Shown in pieces: positions 12,900-25,001 of a stretch of DNA of 64,000 nt. The translations under genes were made by a program, and so were the position numbers. The stretch lies in assembly GCA_951406725.2 (NCBI GenBank), contig OX597822.1, positions 7,626,001-7,690,000 on the forward strand. Direction: 5' to 3'. The stretch is from Octopus vulgaris. Lineage: Eukaryota. Each line of letters begins with the position of its first letter. Position 1 is the first letter of the stretch. The notes under the pieces were generated by a model. The model did not search any database, was not told the DNA's origin, and saw only the letters and a list, made by a program, of their open reading frames with translations.

Positions 12900-13900
12900 A
12901 AGTTTGAACAGTGGCCTACATGGTCACGAGGTTATGAAAAAAGAATCTAGCTTTGTTCATCATTCTTTAAATGCTTAAGAAAGTCTTGCCGGTATGTGTA
13001 GGCCAAGATCTCGTGATCCTTTGTAGAGTATGAATTAAGGACTTGGATTATCCGCCAAGTCGGTCTCTTCTGCAGCCTATTGAGCGGTAAATTTTAGCAA
13101 GAATATTTTTGGCTATTTTGGGACCAATTTCTGTGGACGCATTATACTTTCTCCATACAATTGCATGAGATATCTCCAGGGAAAGGTGAACATTTTCAGC
13201 CTGAAGCCTGTCATGACGTCTCTGCCTCGAAATTTCCTCTTTAGGATATTCTATAGAACTGTTTCCATATTTATTTCGCCGTCTATTTTGTATTGCTTTC
13301 AAAAGAAATACTAGCTGTAGTCCAGCTCCATTTCTATTAGCCATTAAGCTTGATTTTTGAATTCATCATTTGTTTTCTATAGAGATTTCCAGTAGCCGAG
13401 GACATTATTTTGTTGGGATATTTTTTAGACAGACTGAGCTTTTCACATTGAAGCTGTGATATACTGACTTGAGATCTTGGGTAATTATTGAGTATTGCTG
13501 TTTATATGCCGTATATTTAGATTTTACTTTTTAATCTGTAGATGTGAGAGGCTGTTTCACTTAGAGGAGCTTGTAATTTAGATTTTTGAATCAGCCATCA
13601 AAAAGTCCGTCCTCATGACTTCTAAAGGTGTTCCGTGTTAATCACTACAACAATCTGTCAGAATGTTTTTTGCAAGAAGGAAAATTCATTTTACACGCCC
13701 ATGTTGGTTCTGGTTTCTGGTTGAGTCACGAGTCCGTAGCTTGACTTCACCTTTACGATACACTAGTAATGTGATAGCTGAGGCATATATCACAAGGTAA
13801 GTGGTTTCCTAGGTGGTTTATATACATCTGCACAGCGTGGTCTTCAAATATTTGCTTGCTATTCCTTTTACTTCCCTGATTAAAATTTCCTATATTCTTC
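12900..13900 (-). pseudogene. Highly decayed R4/Dong-like non-LTR retrotransposon fragment (region upstream of and entering RT)
   Basis: Broken frames give YWKSL..NQA*WL, RKFRGRDVMTGFRLK (KxPGxD..FWxK-like) and KIYRSI (NYRPI-like). Confidence 0.4.
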
Positions 13901-14057
13901 ATTATACTGGAATTATATTGTCTGCACTTCCATTTAATTCTCTGGATCTGTTGAAATAGTTAGTTAGTTAATTTTAAAATTATATCCCACCTCACTGTTC
14001 ATTTGTATATACAACATAGATATGGATTTCCTCTAACGTGTTGCTATACACACACAC

Positions 14058-14115
<58 letters not shown>

Positions 14116-14437
14116 GTTGGTATATAAGTATCAAGACTATTGAAAAGGTTGCAAGACGCAGCGAACATTTTAGGAACATTATAATGAAAAAAAGTGGGAC
14201 TTTAACTATGAGTGTGTTACATTTTAAGGCAAAAAAAGGAAATGACTCTCCCCGGACTAAACAGAATATGCTTCAACACACGAACTCATATAAAGAACCT
14301 TGCAAACGAAATCCCAAAATGAAATGTATATATATAAATATATATAGCATGGCCACAGCTCGTGAGCTGAAACTAGATAAAAAATATATGTATGTATGTC
14401 CATATATAAATATATGTATGCATATATGCATATATGC

Positions 14438-14510
<73 letters not shown>

Positions 14511-14524
14511 CGTGCGTGTGTGTG

Positions 14525-15930
14525 TAAACGGCAAAATGTCTGTGTATCAGTGTATCAGTGTGTTCTTTATACAATTTCCCAGTTTTTCACGTCAAAGGCT
14601 CGCATCTTCTGTGGGATTTAAAAACTATCTTAGGGTGATCATGAAGATATTTTCGCTTCCCAAGTCACCCTAGAAATTCATTTAAAAAATCGGTAAACCG
14701 ACTGCTCATGCCCATAAATCGCTAAAAGATAGACATTTGTACGCGGTGCGCGCATACAGCTACATACACGAATAGACTGCCAGCTGTTTTTTGATTGGAC
14801 GGAGATAATTTTACCCTTGACAGTTGAATGCGGATGCGCATTTGCTGACATTATGTATGACTCAGCGCATTCTTGTGTTTTGCGAAGAGGCTTAATCATG
14901 TATTTTGACTTTCAAACGTGTGCGCTTTTTTGATTTGAGAAATGCAAGGAATAATTAACGAGTTAGGACCTTCAAACCTACATTCTTCAATAGTCCGTAA
15001 TCCAATGCATTGTCCTCCTCTGAAAGAAACCCGCCTTGCACATCTCAGTCTATTTCTTCTACAGCCATGTCATTTAGAACACCTTGGATAGGTTACTGAT
15101 AGATCGGGGTTAGAAGCTGCCTATTAGAGGCTCCCAAGCCCTCTTCCGTAAGGTTATTCTATTTTTTTAGTTTAAGGCTTAATTGTGTGCCGAACGTAAC
15201 CTCCACCGTTTCAGTGGATCGCGAGACCAGTTAGCCTTCCGGCGAAAAGGCTTAACTATTATTTATACCTTAGTTAACATTGATGGCTTACGTGCCTCTA
15301 TACGTCGTGAACTTATAGCTATTGACCTCACTGCGTTACTTGCTTCCATGTGTCATGCTCATAAAATCACTTTGAATGCTGTTTTTTGTGCTCTAACTGT
15401 TCTGCCTTTTCGCCGGAATCAGCACTTTTCGTCCCACTATTGCTATTCACTCATAGGACGATTGAGTTGGGTGAAGTAGGGGTGTCCAAAGGGCAGGCAT
15501 GTGCAACTTGACCACCTCTGTCAGTAAAACTTCCAACGCATGCGTACCTGTCGCGACTCTGATTGCGCAGAACTGGGTTGGGTGTGAAACCAAAACTCAA
15601 CAAACGAGATGTATGTATATTTTCAAAATCATGCTGTTTTGCGGCCCAAGTTTTTCGCTTTCTTCTGCCTGCATTTTTGTGCAACTAATGACATGTGCAC
15701 AGTGCCGATAATTTTCTATCATTATGACATTCCAGCTGTGAAAACCGAAGTCCAATGAATATTAATTACTCTCATAAAAAGCTCCAACTTGCTTATAAAA
15801 AACAAAACTGGGCCGGGCTGAAATATGATAAGAAACCTAGCTCTTGTGTTACTGAGAATTTTTTATTGCGACCCGGCAACGAACAACAAGCACTAGCACT
15901 AGACCGGGCAACGTCGGGTCATAGTGCTAG
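14525..15930 (+). mobile_element. Non-autonomous Helitron-like element
   Basis: 3' hairpin GACCGGGCAACGTCGGGTC (15902-15920) then CTAG (15927-15930) followed by T; 5' region AAACGGCAAAATGTCTGTG after a TA tract, as in animal non-autonomous Helitrons. 5' boundary is uncertain. Confidence 0.55.
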
Positions 15931-15955
15931 TATATACATATATATATATATATTC

Positions 15956-16052
<97 letters not shown>

Positions 16053-16136
16053 TATACACATATATGTATATCTATCCAATCATGCATCTATCTATCTACT
16101 ATGTTATCTATCGAATTATCACTTTCTCTCTCTTTC

Positions 16137-16181
<45 letters not shown>

Positions 16182-16187
16182 CATATC

Positions 16188-16218
<31 letters not shown>

Positions 16219-16365
16219 TGTTCTATATTTAATAGATGAGGAATTATGTACATTATTTACATGAAAGCTGTTGGAAGTTGATCCGGACCTTATTTTGAAG
16301 GTCATCACTATTGGTGCTACAGAATTAGTTGTAGAAGAGGTGAAGAAAAAAATCGTTTAAAAGTA

Positions 16366-17655
16366 CGAGGGGCGTTCAATAAGTAATGCCCCTGACCCAC
16401 TTACCATACCAGTAGAGCAACGGAACTTGGCACAGTTATTGGACTTTTTCTACATAGGAACCACTCAGAGTTAAGCAATTCTCCCATCGTTTGATCCAGC
16501 TCTGGAGACCGTTTTTGTAAAAGACCCCAGCTTGGTCCTCCATCCACGACGTGACTTTAGAAATCAAGGCTGCATCATCTGGGAAATGCTTTCCTTTCAA
16601 AAACAACTTCATGGCTGGGAAGAGGTGAAAATCAGAGGGTGCAAGGTCAGGAGAGTCGGGGGTGGGGGAGGAGTTCATAGCCGCACGCCTGTGCTTCTGA
16701 TCTGGCGACACGTGAGTTGTGGACCGGAGCGTTGTCCTGCAGGAGGAGGATGCCTTCGCTGATCTTGCCCCGCCTCTTGATTTTGATAGCTTCTCTTAAT
16801 TTCCTCAAAAGTGAAGCATAATAGGCTCCTTTAATTGTGGTACCCTTTGCCAGGAAATCTGTCATCACTACTCCGTCCTGGTCCCAGAAGACTGTGAGCA
16901 TGACCTTGCCAGCAGAGGGCTGCACCCTTTCCGTCTTTGGAGGAGGTGAGTCACGGTGCTTCCACTGCATTGACTGGGCTTTGTCTCTGGATCATAGTGA
17001 TGGACCCAGGTTTCATCCTGTGTAATCAGACTTTTGAAAAAGTTTGACTCATCTTCTTGGTACGTCTCCAAATTCATCCTCGAGCACTCGACGCGTTCTT
17101 GCTTCTGGAAAAGTGTGAGCAGCCTGGGAATCCATCTGGCAGACACCTTTTGCATATGCAAATGGTCATGAATGATAGTTTCCACAGACCCGGTACTAAT
17201 CTTGACCTCATGGGCTATTTGGCGAATAGTTATGCGTCGATCTTCCAAAATGGCAGCCTCAACTTGACGGACAGATGCCTCATCAATGGCAGATGGGGGT
17301 CGACCAGATCTGGGAGCTGTTTCCACAGTGTTCCGACCATGTTTGAATTCACGATGCCAGCGTTTTACAAGGTCATATGATGGGGCATCATCACCATAAG
17401 TTACTTTCATTTCATCAAAAGTCTCCCGTGGTGTGCGTCCTTTCAAATACAAAAACCGGATCACTGCTCGACACTCAACAGGCTCCATTTCACACTTGAC
17501 TCAGTTCAAACACCAGTAAATCAGAAGCCATAATAAGTTCAGAGCTGTAATTTGCCGCCTAATCTATAGAGATATACGTAATTGCACATGCAAAATATCA
17601 GCTAGATCAAACACCTGGAAGTGGGTCAGAAGCATTACTTATTGAACGTCCCTCG
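16366..17655 (-). mobile_element. Full-length mariner (DD34D, irritans-like) transposon, 1290 bp
   Basis: 37 bp TIRs CGAGGGGCGTTCAATAAGTAATGCCCCTGACCCACTT vs the 17619-17655 reverse complement (3 mismatches); TA TSD at 16364-16365 and 17656-17657. Confidence 0.95.
16436..17488 (-). pseudogene. Mariner transposase disrupted by two frameshifts
   Basis: Three overlapping ORFs carry the HTH N-terminus, WIPRLL, ITQDETW, YDPETK, LLQDNAPVH and SPDLAPSDFHLF motifs. Confidence 0.95.
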
Positions 17656-17657
17656 TA

Positions 17658-17857
17658 TCACTTCGCAAGAATTACAGCACTACTTTGACAGTGAAATACG
17701 CGTCTGGAATGATGCAGTTCTTTAAATGGATGCATTACTTCAAGTGGTGGTAACTGCGGAGGTCCTAACGGACGTTGAAATGTTCCGGGTGGTGGACTCC
17801 TTTCCGAAAGACCAGTATAGGTTTGCCTTTTGGAGGCGTTACTGTAAACATGTAAAT
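17658..17857 (-). CDS. Candidate host-gene coding exon (Pro-rich; terminal, or ending at a donor after 17739)
   Basis: Acceptor TTATTTTATTTTCTTAG at 17858; open frame LHVYSNASKRQTYTGLSERSPPPGTFQRPLGPPQLPPLEVMHPF...ILAK* in GC-richer non-repetitive sequence. Confidence 0.4.
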
Positions 17858-18719
17858 CTAAGAAAATAAAATAACATTGGAAAATTCGGGGTTTTTTTTG
17901 AGTACCCTTTCGTATTTTACGTACGAATGGGGCAAATGCTTTTAGGTCCTTTATTTTGTTTCTAAATCTTAGAAATGTATTGGCAAACGAAGCTTTTGAA
18001 CCGTGATCATGTGGACTTGACTTTAGAATTATTTTAATTCGCCACGCGATTATATTCTGTCTTGTGCGATTCCTTTTTCTTGTATGTGTTATAAACCTAT
18101 TAATCGTAGCCTTCTAGTGTTATTCTTCCAATAATAATCGTCTACATTTGCTAGGTATTTTATAAATATCCATGAGCTATGTGTTTACGATTTCTTTGAC
18201 AATGAATTTTATCAGCAATATTAAAATGAATTTCATAAATATCATTGCCCATTTGTAAATAGTTTTTGAGGGATCTATATGCATGTTCTTTCTTTTTAAA
18301 TATGAACATTTTGACTTCGGAAATTGTGCATTTCTTTAGTAACATTTCGTATTCATTTAGAAAACAATATCAAGCATATATTCATTTCCTCTACAATTAT
18401 TAATTATTTCATTTATTTTACTTGTGTGGAGAGAACTTGTATGTTTCTTATGTGTAATATCTGATGCCATTTTCCAGTTGGTGTGCTCCTATATTCTGTT
18501 ACGCATTGGTCTCTTTTTACTTTAAGGTATTAATCGCTCGTTAGCGCTCATTATTTTTCTGTCTAATTACTTCTTTGTTATACGTTAGGCCTTGATAAAC
18601 ACTAATGGCACGTTCGTATTATCTTCCGTCAGACCTGTATTTGTGTGGTTAGAGTTTATTACTAGAGTTTATTATGCATTTAATCAACTTTTCAACAATA
18701 TTCAGGGTAACGATCATAA

Positions 18720-18850
18720 AGAGACCGATAGAATAAGTACTGGTCTTACAAGAATAAGTTCTAGGGGCGATTTAATTTGACAAAAAAGCGGTACTCCAGC
18801 ATGGCCGCAGTCAATTGACTGAAACAAGCAAAGGAATAGATGAATAAAAG
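18720..18850 (+). mobile_element. SINE family A, 3' fragment
   Basis: GAGACCGATAGAATAAGTACTGG...CTCCAGCATGGCCGCAGTCAA..GACTGAAACAAG. Confidence 0.8.
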
Positions 18851-18860
18851 AATATATATG

Positions 18861-18917
<57 letters not shown>

Positions 18918-18959
18918 TTGTATGTATATATGTATATTTGTATGTATGTATGTATGTGC

Positions 18960-19926
18960 AGATTTGTATTGTTACATAGCGAGACGTGCACTTATATATT
19001 TAAATGATACACCTCTGGAAAGTTTTACAGATGTTTACACTTCCAGTGATGGATTGTATCTGTAGTCTTCGAATTACCATTCACCTTTACGGTTTTGAGA
19101 AGCCTAATTACTCAAGATTGATATTTATATGGTGTGTTAATTATCCCAGAGCTCCAATATTTACATGTATAAAGATGGACTTGTACTATGAATAGAGTAA
19201 CTGCAGATATTTCAATAGCTCAGTATAGGTGTTTTCTTTTCACTGATCTTCAATTTTATGTTAATATTCGCTGGGTAGCTAATTTCTATAAATGTCCACA
19301 GTTTTTATTCTCTATCCCAAATCATTATATCAATTGTGTTGAGCTTATATTTTATTGAGGTACATTCCACTTGTATTTTCTTTTATTATGAGTGGCTATG
19401 GCTTTTACCATATTGTGAGTTCTTATTTCTTTGTCATTGGAATTATCATTCCGACGGATTTCATTAGAGAGTGTCCGAGCTACAACGTCATGTCGCATCG
19501 GTAGATCTTACCCTGATGACATTTTCGGACACTGCGTATGATGTGGGTGATATCTTCAGTGGGAACACGACACAATTTCCATCGGTTGTCGCACTTCACG
19601 GCTTTACCTGTATCATGTACTTGGTTGATATTTCCTGTTCCTGGATTGTGTGAATGTCTCTAGCTACGAAATTACGTGGTGGTTTTGTATCATTCACGTA
19701 TTCGTTTTAGTTTATAGAGTTTGGAAATTAGTTAATTTTCGATTTCTGAATAAGATTACATTTACTAACCTACTTTCTATGCTCTACAAATGTTACTTGT
19801 TGGCGTAGCTGCTTCGCAGTAAAAGGATTTCATTCTGGATGTAGATCGGCCCAATATTATGTCAATCGTTTCATATATTCAAAACTAGGGTTTTGTTTAG
19901 CGACATTTTCAACAACTTCTCGTACC

Positions 19927-19930
<4 letters not shown>
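18960..19930 (-). pseudogene. Internally deleted R4/Dong-like (RLE) non-LTR retrotransposon remnant
   Basis: N-terminal-like EYMKRLT*YWADLHPE*..TAKQLRQQV joined to IQEQEISTKY; decayed zinc knuckle (KLCRVPTEDITHII...RHDVVARTL); RLE region DIMIWDRE...IGALG...LQIQSITGSVNICKTF; no RT core between them. Confidence 0.7.
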
Positions 19931-19970
<40 letters not shown>

Positions 19971-21344
19971 TACACAACTAATGAGAGAAACAGAAACCGG
20001 GATTAACGAAACACTTTATTTATATTTCATCGGTCCCTTGCGGTTGGGGTATTATACATCTGGTTGTGGTGTATACTTCGGCACACATGTGTCTCTTGAG
20101 GTGCGTCTTTAAGAAGATACTCGCTCAATAGAGTCGGTTTCGCTTAGTTCAATTATACAGCATGATATAATTGCAAGCAGGCTGTGTATACAATGAAAAT
20201 GGATGGATATAGTTTCATGGTTATAAGTAGTTAATGGGTCTACATATGGTTAATAGTTAATAAATGACATTATAAACCTGTCAAGTTCCTTGATAATAAA
20301 CAACGGGTTTAATACAGATTTATTCCTTTAAATCAATGAGTATTCATCAGACGTGGCGACTTCGATGGGCTCAGACATGACTGGTGACATGCGTTTGAGT
20401 GAGTTTACGGCTCTCTAATTGGCAGAAACATAGTTAATTATGTGAGCGCTCCCTTTTGTGTCCTCTTGGGTTTTAGTCAAATACAATTCTACCCGCCGAA
20501 ACATATTCGCGGTTTCGAAGTCATAAGTTAATTGTATAAAATATTATTCACAATACTATTATAATATCAAATAAGCCTATGTGTAATAACTTAACTAACA
20601 ACCTACTGTTACGGTTTATTAAATTGATTCTACGGCTGAAATTAATGTTGCAGTGTCGTAGTAAATTTGGAAATCGTATTTATATGGCTTTAATCAAAGT
20701 AGAACTTTTAACGACGAAACAAATATATTTCTTTCTTTCATCTCGCCACAAATTGCAATTATTTTAGGAATGGTGTATTTGCTTGATTGAATTATCGGCA
20801 TATTCACTGTAGAGTAGAATATAAATTATGATATGCACCAAAACCTGATAAATCCAAATATTTCGTAGGTGGGTTTCAACTCAAAACGCTGTAGTTGAGA
20901 ATACTTACATCGCAATCGTGTGGTTTCTGATTCGGTCAATAATATAAACCGACAATCTTATATATAGCGTTAGAACTAAAGAAAGTCGCTGAATATCCCT
21001 GCCTGAGATGCTAGAAGTACTTAACATATGTCCTTCAAGCTACATATCATGAAACGATGTAATGCATTAGATAATATAAACATCGCGAAGCTTTTCCTAA
21101 AAGTATGATTGCATGATCTTCAACAAATGCAAGAATATCATATTGGCTTAAGTCTATTTCTGTTGGTGCACCCAACCGTTGTTGATTAAATTAATACCGA
21201 GAGCAAATGTTTCTCTTATGTAATAAGATTATAACTATTGATTTGTAACTTGTTACAACCTTCTGGAACAGTGACATTTGTCCAAAAATGAAAAAAAAGT
21301 CAAGTAGCCAATACGAAGTAACATTAAATCGGTGAGTTAGCTTA

Positions 21345-21510
21345 AATGCATTTCGTCCGTCTTTACGTTCTGAGTTCAAATTCCGCTGGGTTCGACTTTG
21401 TCTTTCATCCCTTCAGAGTGAATAAATGGAGGACTATTTCAGCATTGGGGATGTAATCGAAGTATACCGTTCCCCAATATTCCTGGCATTGTGCCAAAAT
21501 TTGAAGACAG
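21345..21510 (+). mobile_element. SINE family C fragment
   Basis: CTTTACGTTCTGAGTTCAAATTCCG...TCGACTTTGTCTTTCATCC. Confidence 0.7.
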
Positions 21511-22106
21511 CATGTTGTAACTTGGCCATCTATAAATTTCTCGCACAAATCGGACACAAAATATTCTTTATATGATCGATATTTCTCAGTAAACGAATCT
21601 CATTGTTTGTCATTCTAAATGATTAAGGCACTGATCGGTTTATTTGTACATGTCACCAGTTTAGCATAAGCAAATGAATTCTCCAAAAGAATGCTTTGCT
21701 CTTTGAAACGAACAACAAATAGAAAATTGCCAAAATTGAAAGACTTAATTTGACTTTTTGGAATATAATGTAGGTCCTAATATTTTGTACAGCAAAAAGT
21801 TGAAAACTTCGAAGCCACACCTCTTATATGTATGAGGTTTAATTATCTCTCCTCTGACATGTCACAATAAGTCAACTTATTGTGTTTTGTTGGGGGACGG
21901 TGGAATGGTCATTAGTTTGACAACAGGCGTCCACCAAACGGCTAAATTCTGCTTTAAGTCCTAGGTCCTAGTAAATGCTTAATTTGAACATGCCATGCTT
22001 TAAATAAGCGTTAAACACACCATCATGCAATGTGTGTACAAAATTAGTTGGTGTCTTCTTGCAAACACACATACACACACGCGCTCATACCATACATCCA
22101 TATATC

Positions 22107-22167
<61 letters not shown>

Positions 22168-22234
22168 GTGTGTGTATATATATATATGTGTGAGAAAGTT
22201 GGTGTGTGAAACCACGTCGTTGGATGTATAAAAG

Positions 22235-22483
22235 ATAGAAAAGAGTGAAAAGAGTGAAACTATAGAAGGCTTGTTTTATAAGGTTAAAGAATATATTGAA
22301 GTCCTTATATTAAAAAAAATGTTATAAAATTTAGTGTATATTAACATAGTTTTTTTTGTATAGCAACATAGTCCAAGAACTATGTTACTAGGCACAACAT
22401 TTTATAAAATTTTTTAACATAATGATTTAAATATATTCTTTAACCATATAAAACAGGCCTTCTGTAGTTTCTTCACTCTTTTC

Positions 22484-22486
<3 letters not shown>
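22235..22486. repeat. ~250 bp imperfect palindrome (foldback)
   Basis: ATAGAAAAGAGTGAA..AAACTATAGAAGGCTTGTTTTATAAGGTTAAAGAATATATT pairs with the reverse complement of the right arm ending 22486. Confidence 0.85.
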
Positions 22487-22547
<61 letters not shown>

Positions 22548-22630
22548 ATGTCCCGGGTTGATTCGGGGTTAACCACAGTAAATAAGGTACTCAATACATA
22601 ACATAGTAAATTAATTTATTTTATAGAAGG

Positions 22631-22681
22631 AGCTTCTACAGGACTAGAACTGTTTCATTCAAATGAAATCTTCAGGAAGCT
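22631..22681 (-). ncRNA. Type I hammerhead ribozyme motif
   Basis: Minus strand AGCTTC-CTGAAGA-TTTCATTTGAAT-GAA-ACAG-TTCTAGTC-CTGT-A-GAAGCT: 6 bp stem I, canonical core, weak stem II, 4 bp stem III, GUA site. Confidence 0.7.
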
Positions 22682-22998
22682 GGCTGTCATGATAAAGTCT
22701 GGTAGTTATACATTTAGACAGATTTAAAGGGGTGGTGGTGGGGGACGTTTTTAGGGTAAGCAGGGCACAAACTATTGTTCTTAGGGGAGTGGTCAAAAGG
22801 CCAGATAGTTTATTGAAATGAGAAGAATTAGTGAGAAAATAAATAAATGAATAAATAGAATAATTAAATAGAGTTTTAGGTAACTTACTTTTAGTCAGTT
22901 TGTTATTGTGAAGTGGAGGGAAGAAGTAGATAAATATACATGAAAAAACATAAAATAAATATACATACAAACCCACATACATACACATGCGAATATCC

Positions 22999-23030
<32 letters not shown>

Positions 23031-23415
23031 GCCCATGCATATACATACAGACACACACACATACATACAAATACACAAGCACATATATATATATATATAT
23101 ATATTTTTGTATGGGTATATATGTATGTGTATATGTGTAGATATGTATATGTATGTACGTGTACGTATGTGTATGTATATGTGTATGTATATGTATATAC
23201 TTGTACGTATGTGTATGTATGTGCATTTATGTATATATGTGTGTATGTATGTATATGCATGTATGCATTTATGTATACATGTGTGCATGCATGTATGCAT
23301 ATATGTATTTATATGCGTATGGATGCGTATATATGCGTATGTATATTTATATGCACATATGGTTTTATATGTGCATATGCGTTTATATATGCGTGCAGAT
23401 ATTTATGTGTGTTTA

Positions 23416-23632
23416 TGTGTACAGAAGTACGTTTATATAGGTGTGTTTATATATGCACAATTATGTATATGTTTATGTGAGCGTGGGTACATTTATGTAT
23501 GCATATGTGTATTTGTGTGTGTGTATATATATATGCTGTGTACAGAAGTACGTTTATATATGTATGTTTATATATGCATAATTATGTATATGTTTATGTG
23601 AACGTGGGTACATTTATGCATGTATGCATATG
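23416..23632. repeat. 121 bp-period tandem duplication in low-complexity DNA
   Basis: TGTGTACAGAAGTACGTTTATATA...CGTGGGTACATTTATG starts at both 23416 and 23537. Confidence 0.8.
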
Positions 23633-24079
23633 CGTACAGCTGTTCTGCTGTATTTTGTTGACTTTAGATTCCATGACCAACCAGCCATTTTACGTATTCC
23701 TCTGTACACAGCGGCACTTAATCAATCGTGTATTCAACACCAATATTAGATGTGATGCGGATATACATGAGACACTGGGTATATGAATTTTCTACAAGAA
23801 TATCGTGGCAGAGTAGTAGTTGTCCTGTTGTGTTTGGGTCTCACTGGTGTTGCACAGCGGAGAGATTTCTGCTAAATGTAAGAAACAAAGAAGTAATGCT
23901 ATATGGTAGTGTGTGATTTATTGAGAAATCCACTGACAGATAGTATAGAATGCGTCCCTTAATAGGGCAAAGGACTGTTTATGTCCCAGCATCTATATAT
24001 CAACCAAACGTCAATCCAACGCCAAATTGAGTTGAATTATGATGAAGATCTCGACGATGCAACACAGAATGCATAGAAC

Positions 24080-24080
<1 letters not shown>

Positions 24081-24165
<85 letters not shown>

Positions 24166-24185
24166 CAAATATCTATCTACCTGTA

Positions 24186-24283
<98 letters not shown>
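24081..24283. repeat. Compound microsatellite (CTAT)n, (CT)n-(AT)n-(AG)n
   Basis: Read directly from the sequence. Confidence 0.95.
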
Positions 24284-24462
24284 CAGCCCAAATATATCCC
24301 TGCAATTCATTTGAAATATTGATCAATTGTATTAAGGCTAATGCAGTATTTGAGAAATATTAGATGACATAAGAATGTGATGCATATGTGTTTAACTGTC
24401 GTATATCTTTATTAATAGAAATAACTATATGGATCACTGCGTCCTTCAATTTCATATATATA

Positions 24463-24890
24463 TTAGGTTGTCAAAAACGTTCTTGCGGAAGTTTAAATTT
24501 TCGTTTTAAATTATGTATTTTCAAATTATTTGACGTTAAAATACTCTGATATTATATATCATTTTAAAGCCCATTTTGCGGTCTATCTAATCTTGTTTTC
24601 TTTTTGACTAATCAGCCCATTTTTTTCCGGTACGTTAAATAAAACATGGACAAAAAGCAAATTCACACAATTTTCTTATTCCAGTTCAAGCTAGACCAAA
24701 AAACTGCTCGCGATATCAGCGTTGCGTTTGGCCCAGGAACCACTAATGAAAGTACAACACAATGGTAGTTCAAGAAATTTCTAGCGATGACGAGAGTCTT
24801 GAAGATGATAAGTGTAGAGGTCAGCCATCGGATATTGACAACAACAACTAAGAACCTTAGTGGAAGCCAATCCACGCACAACTGTTTGAG
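24463..24890 (+). mobile_element. 5' fragment of a cecropia-subfamily (Hsmar1-like) mariner
   Basis: TA then TIR-like TTAGGTTGTCAAAAACG; from ATG 24646 MDKKQIHTIFLFQFKLDQKTARDISVAFGPGTTNESTTQW*FKKF, then DESLEDDKCRGQPSDID after a frameshift. Confidence 0.85.
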
Positions 24891-25001
24891 TGCAAACAAC
24901 TAGCATTTGCTAACTGAGGTCCTTCAAGCCAAGAGACCAAGAAAGTATGTTGACCCTGTGGATAACCTTTGTTATCAGTGTTATTCGAAATAATATGTAT
25001 A

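Larger units (their letters stand above)
22551..23960 (-). mobile_element. Penelope-like remnant: decayed GIY-YIG-like segment, low-complexity 3' region, hammerhead and AATAAA
   Basis: About 23690-23770 on the minus strand reads ITSNIGVEYTID*VPLCTEEYV (GIY-YIG-like); hammerhead at 22631-22681; AATAAA on minus at 22615-22620. Confidence 0.45.

Noticed and set aside
20120-20356. Two partial hammerhead-like hairpins on the minus strand (CTGATGA at 20344-20350; GAAA at about 20138-20141)
   Set aside because: Each lacks half of the core or stem I. Possibly Penelope fossils, but not supportable.
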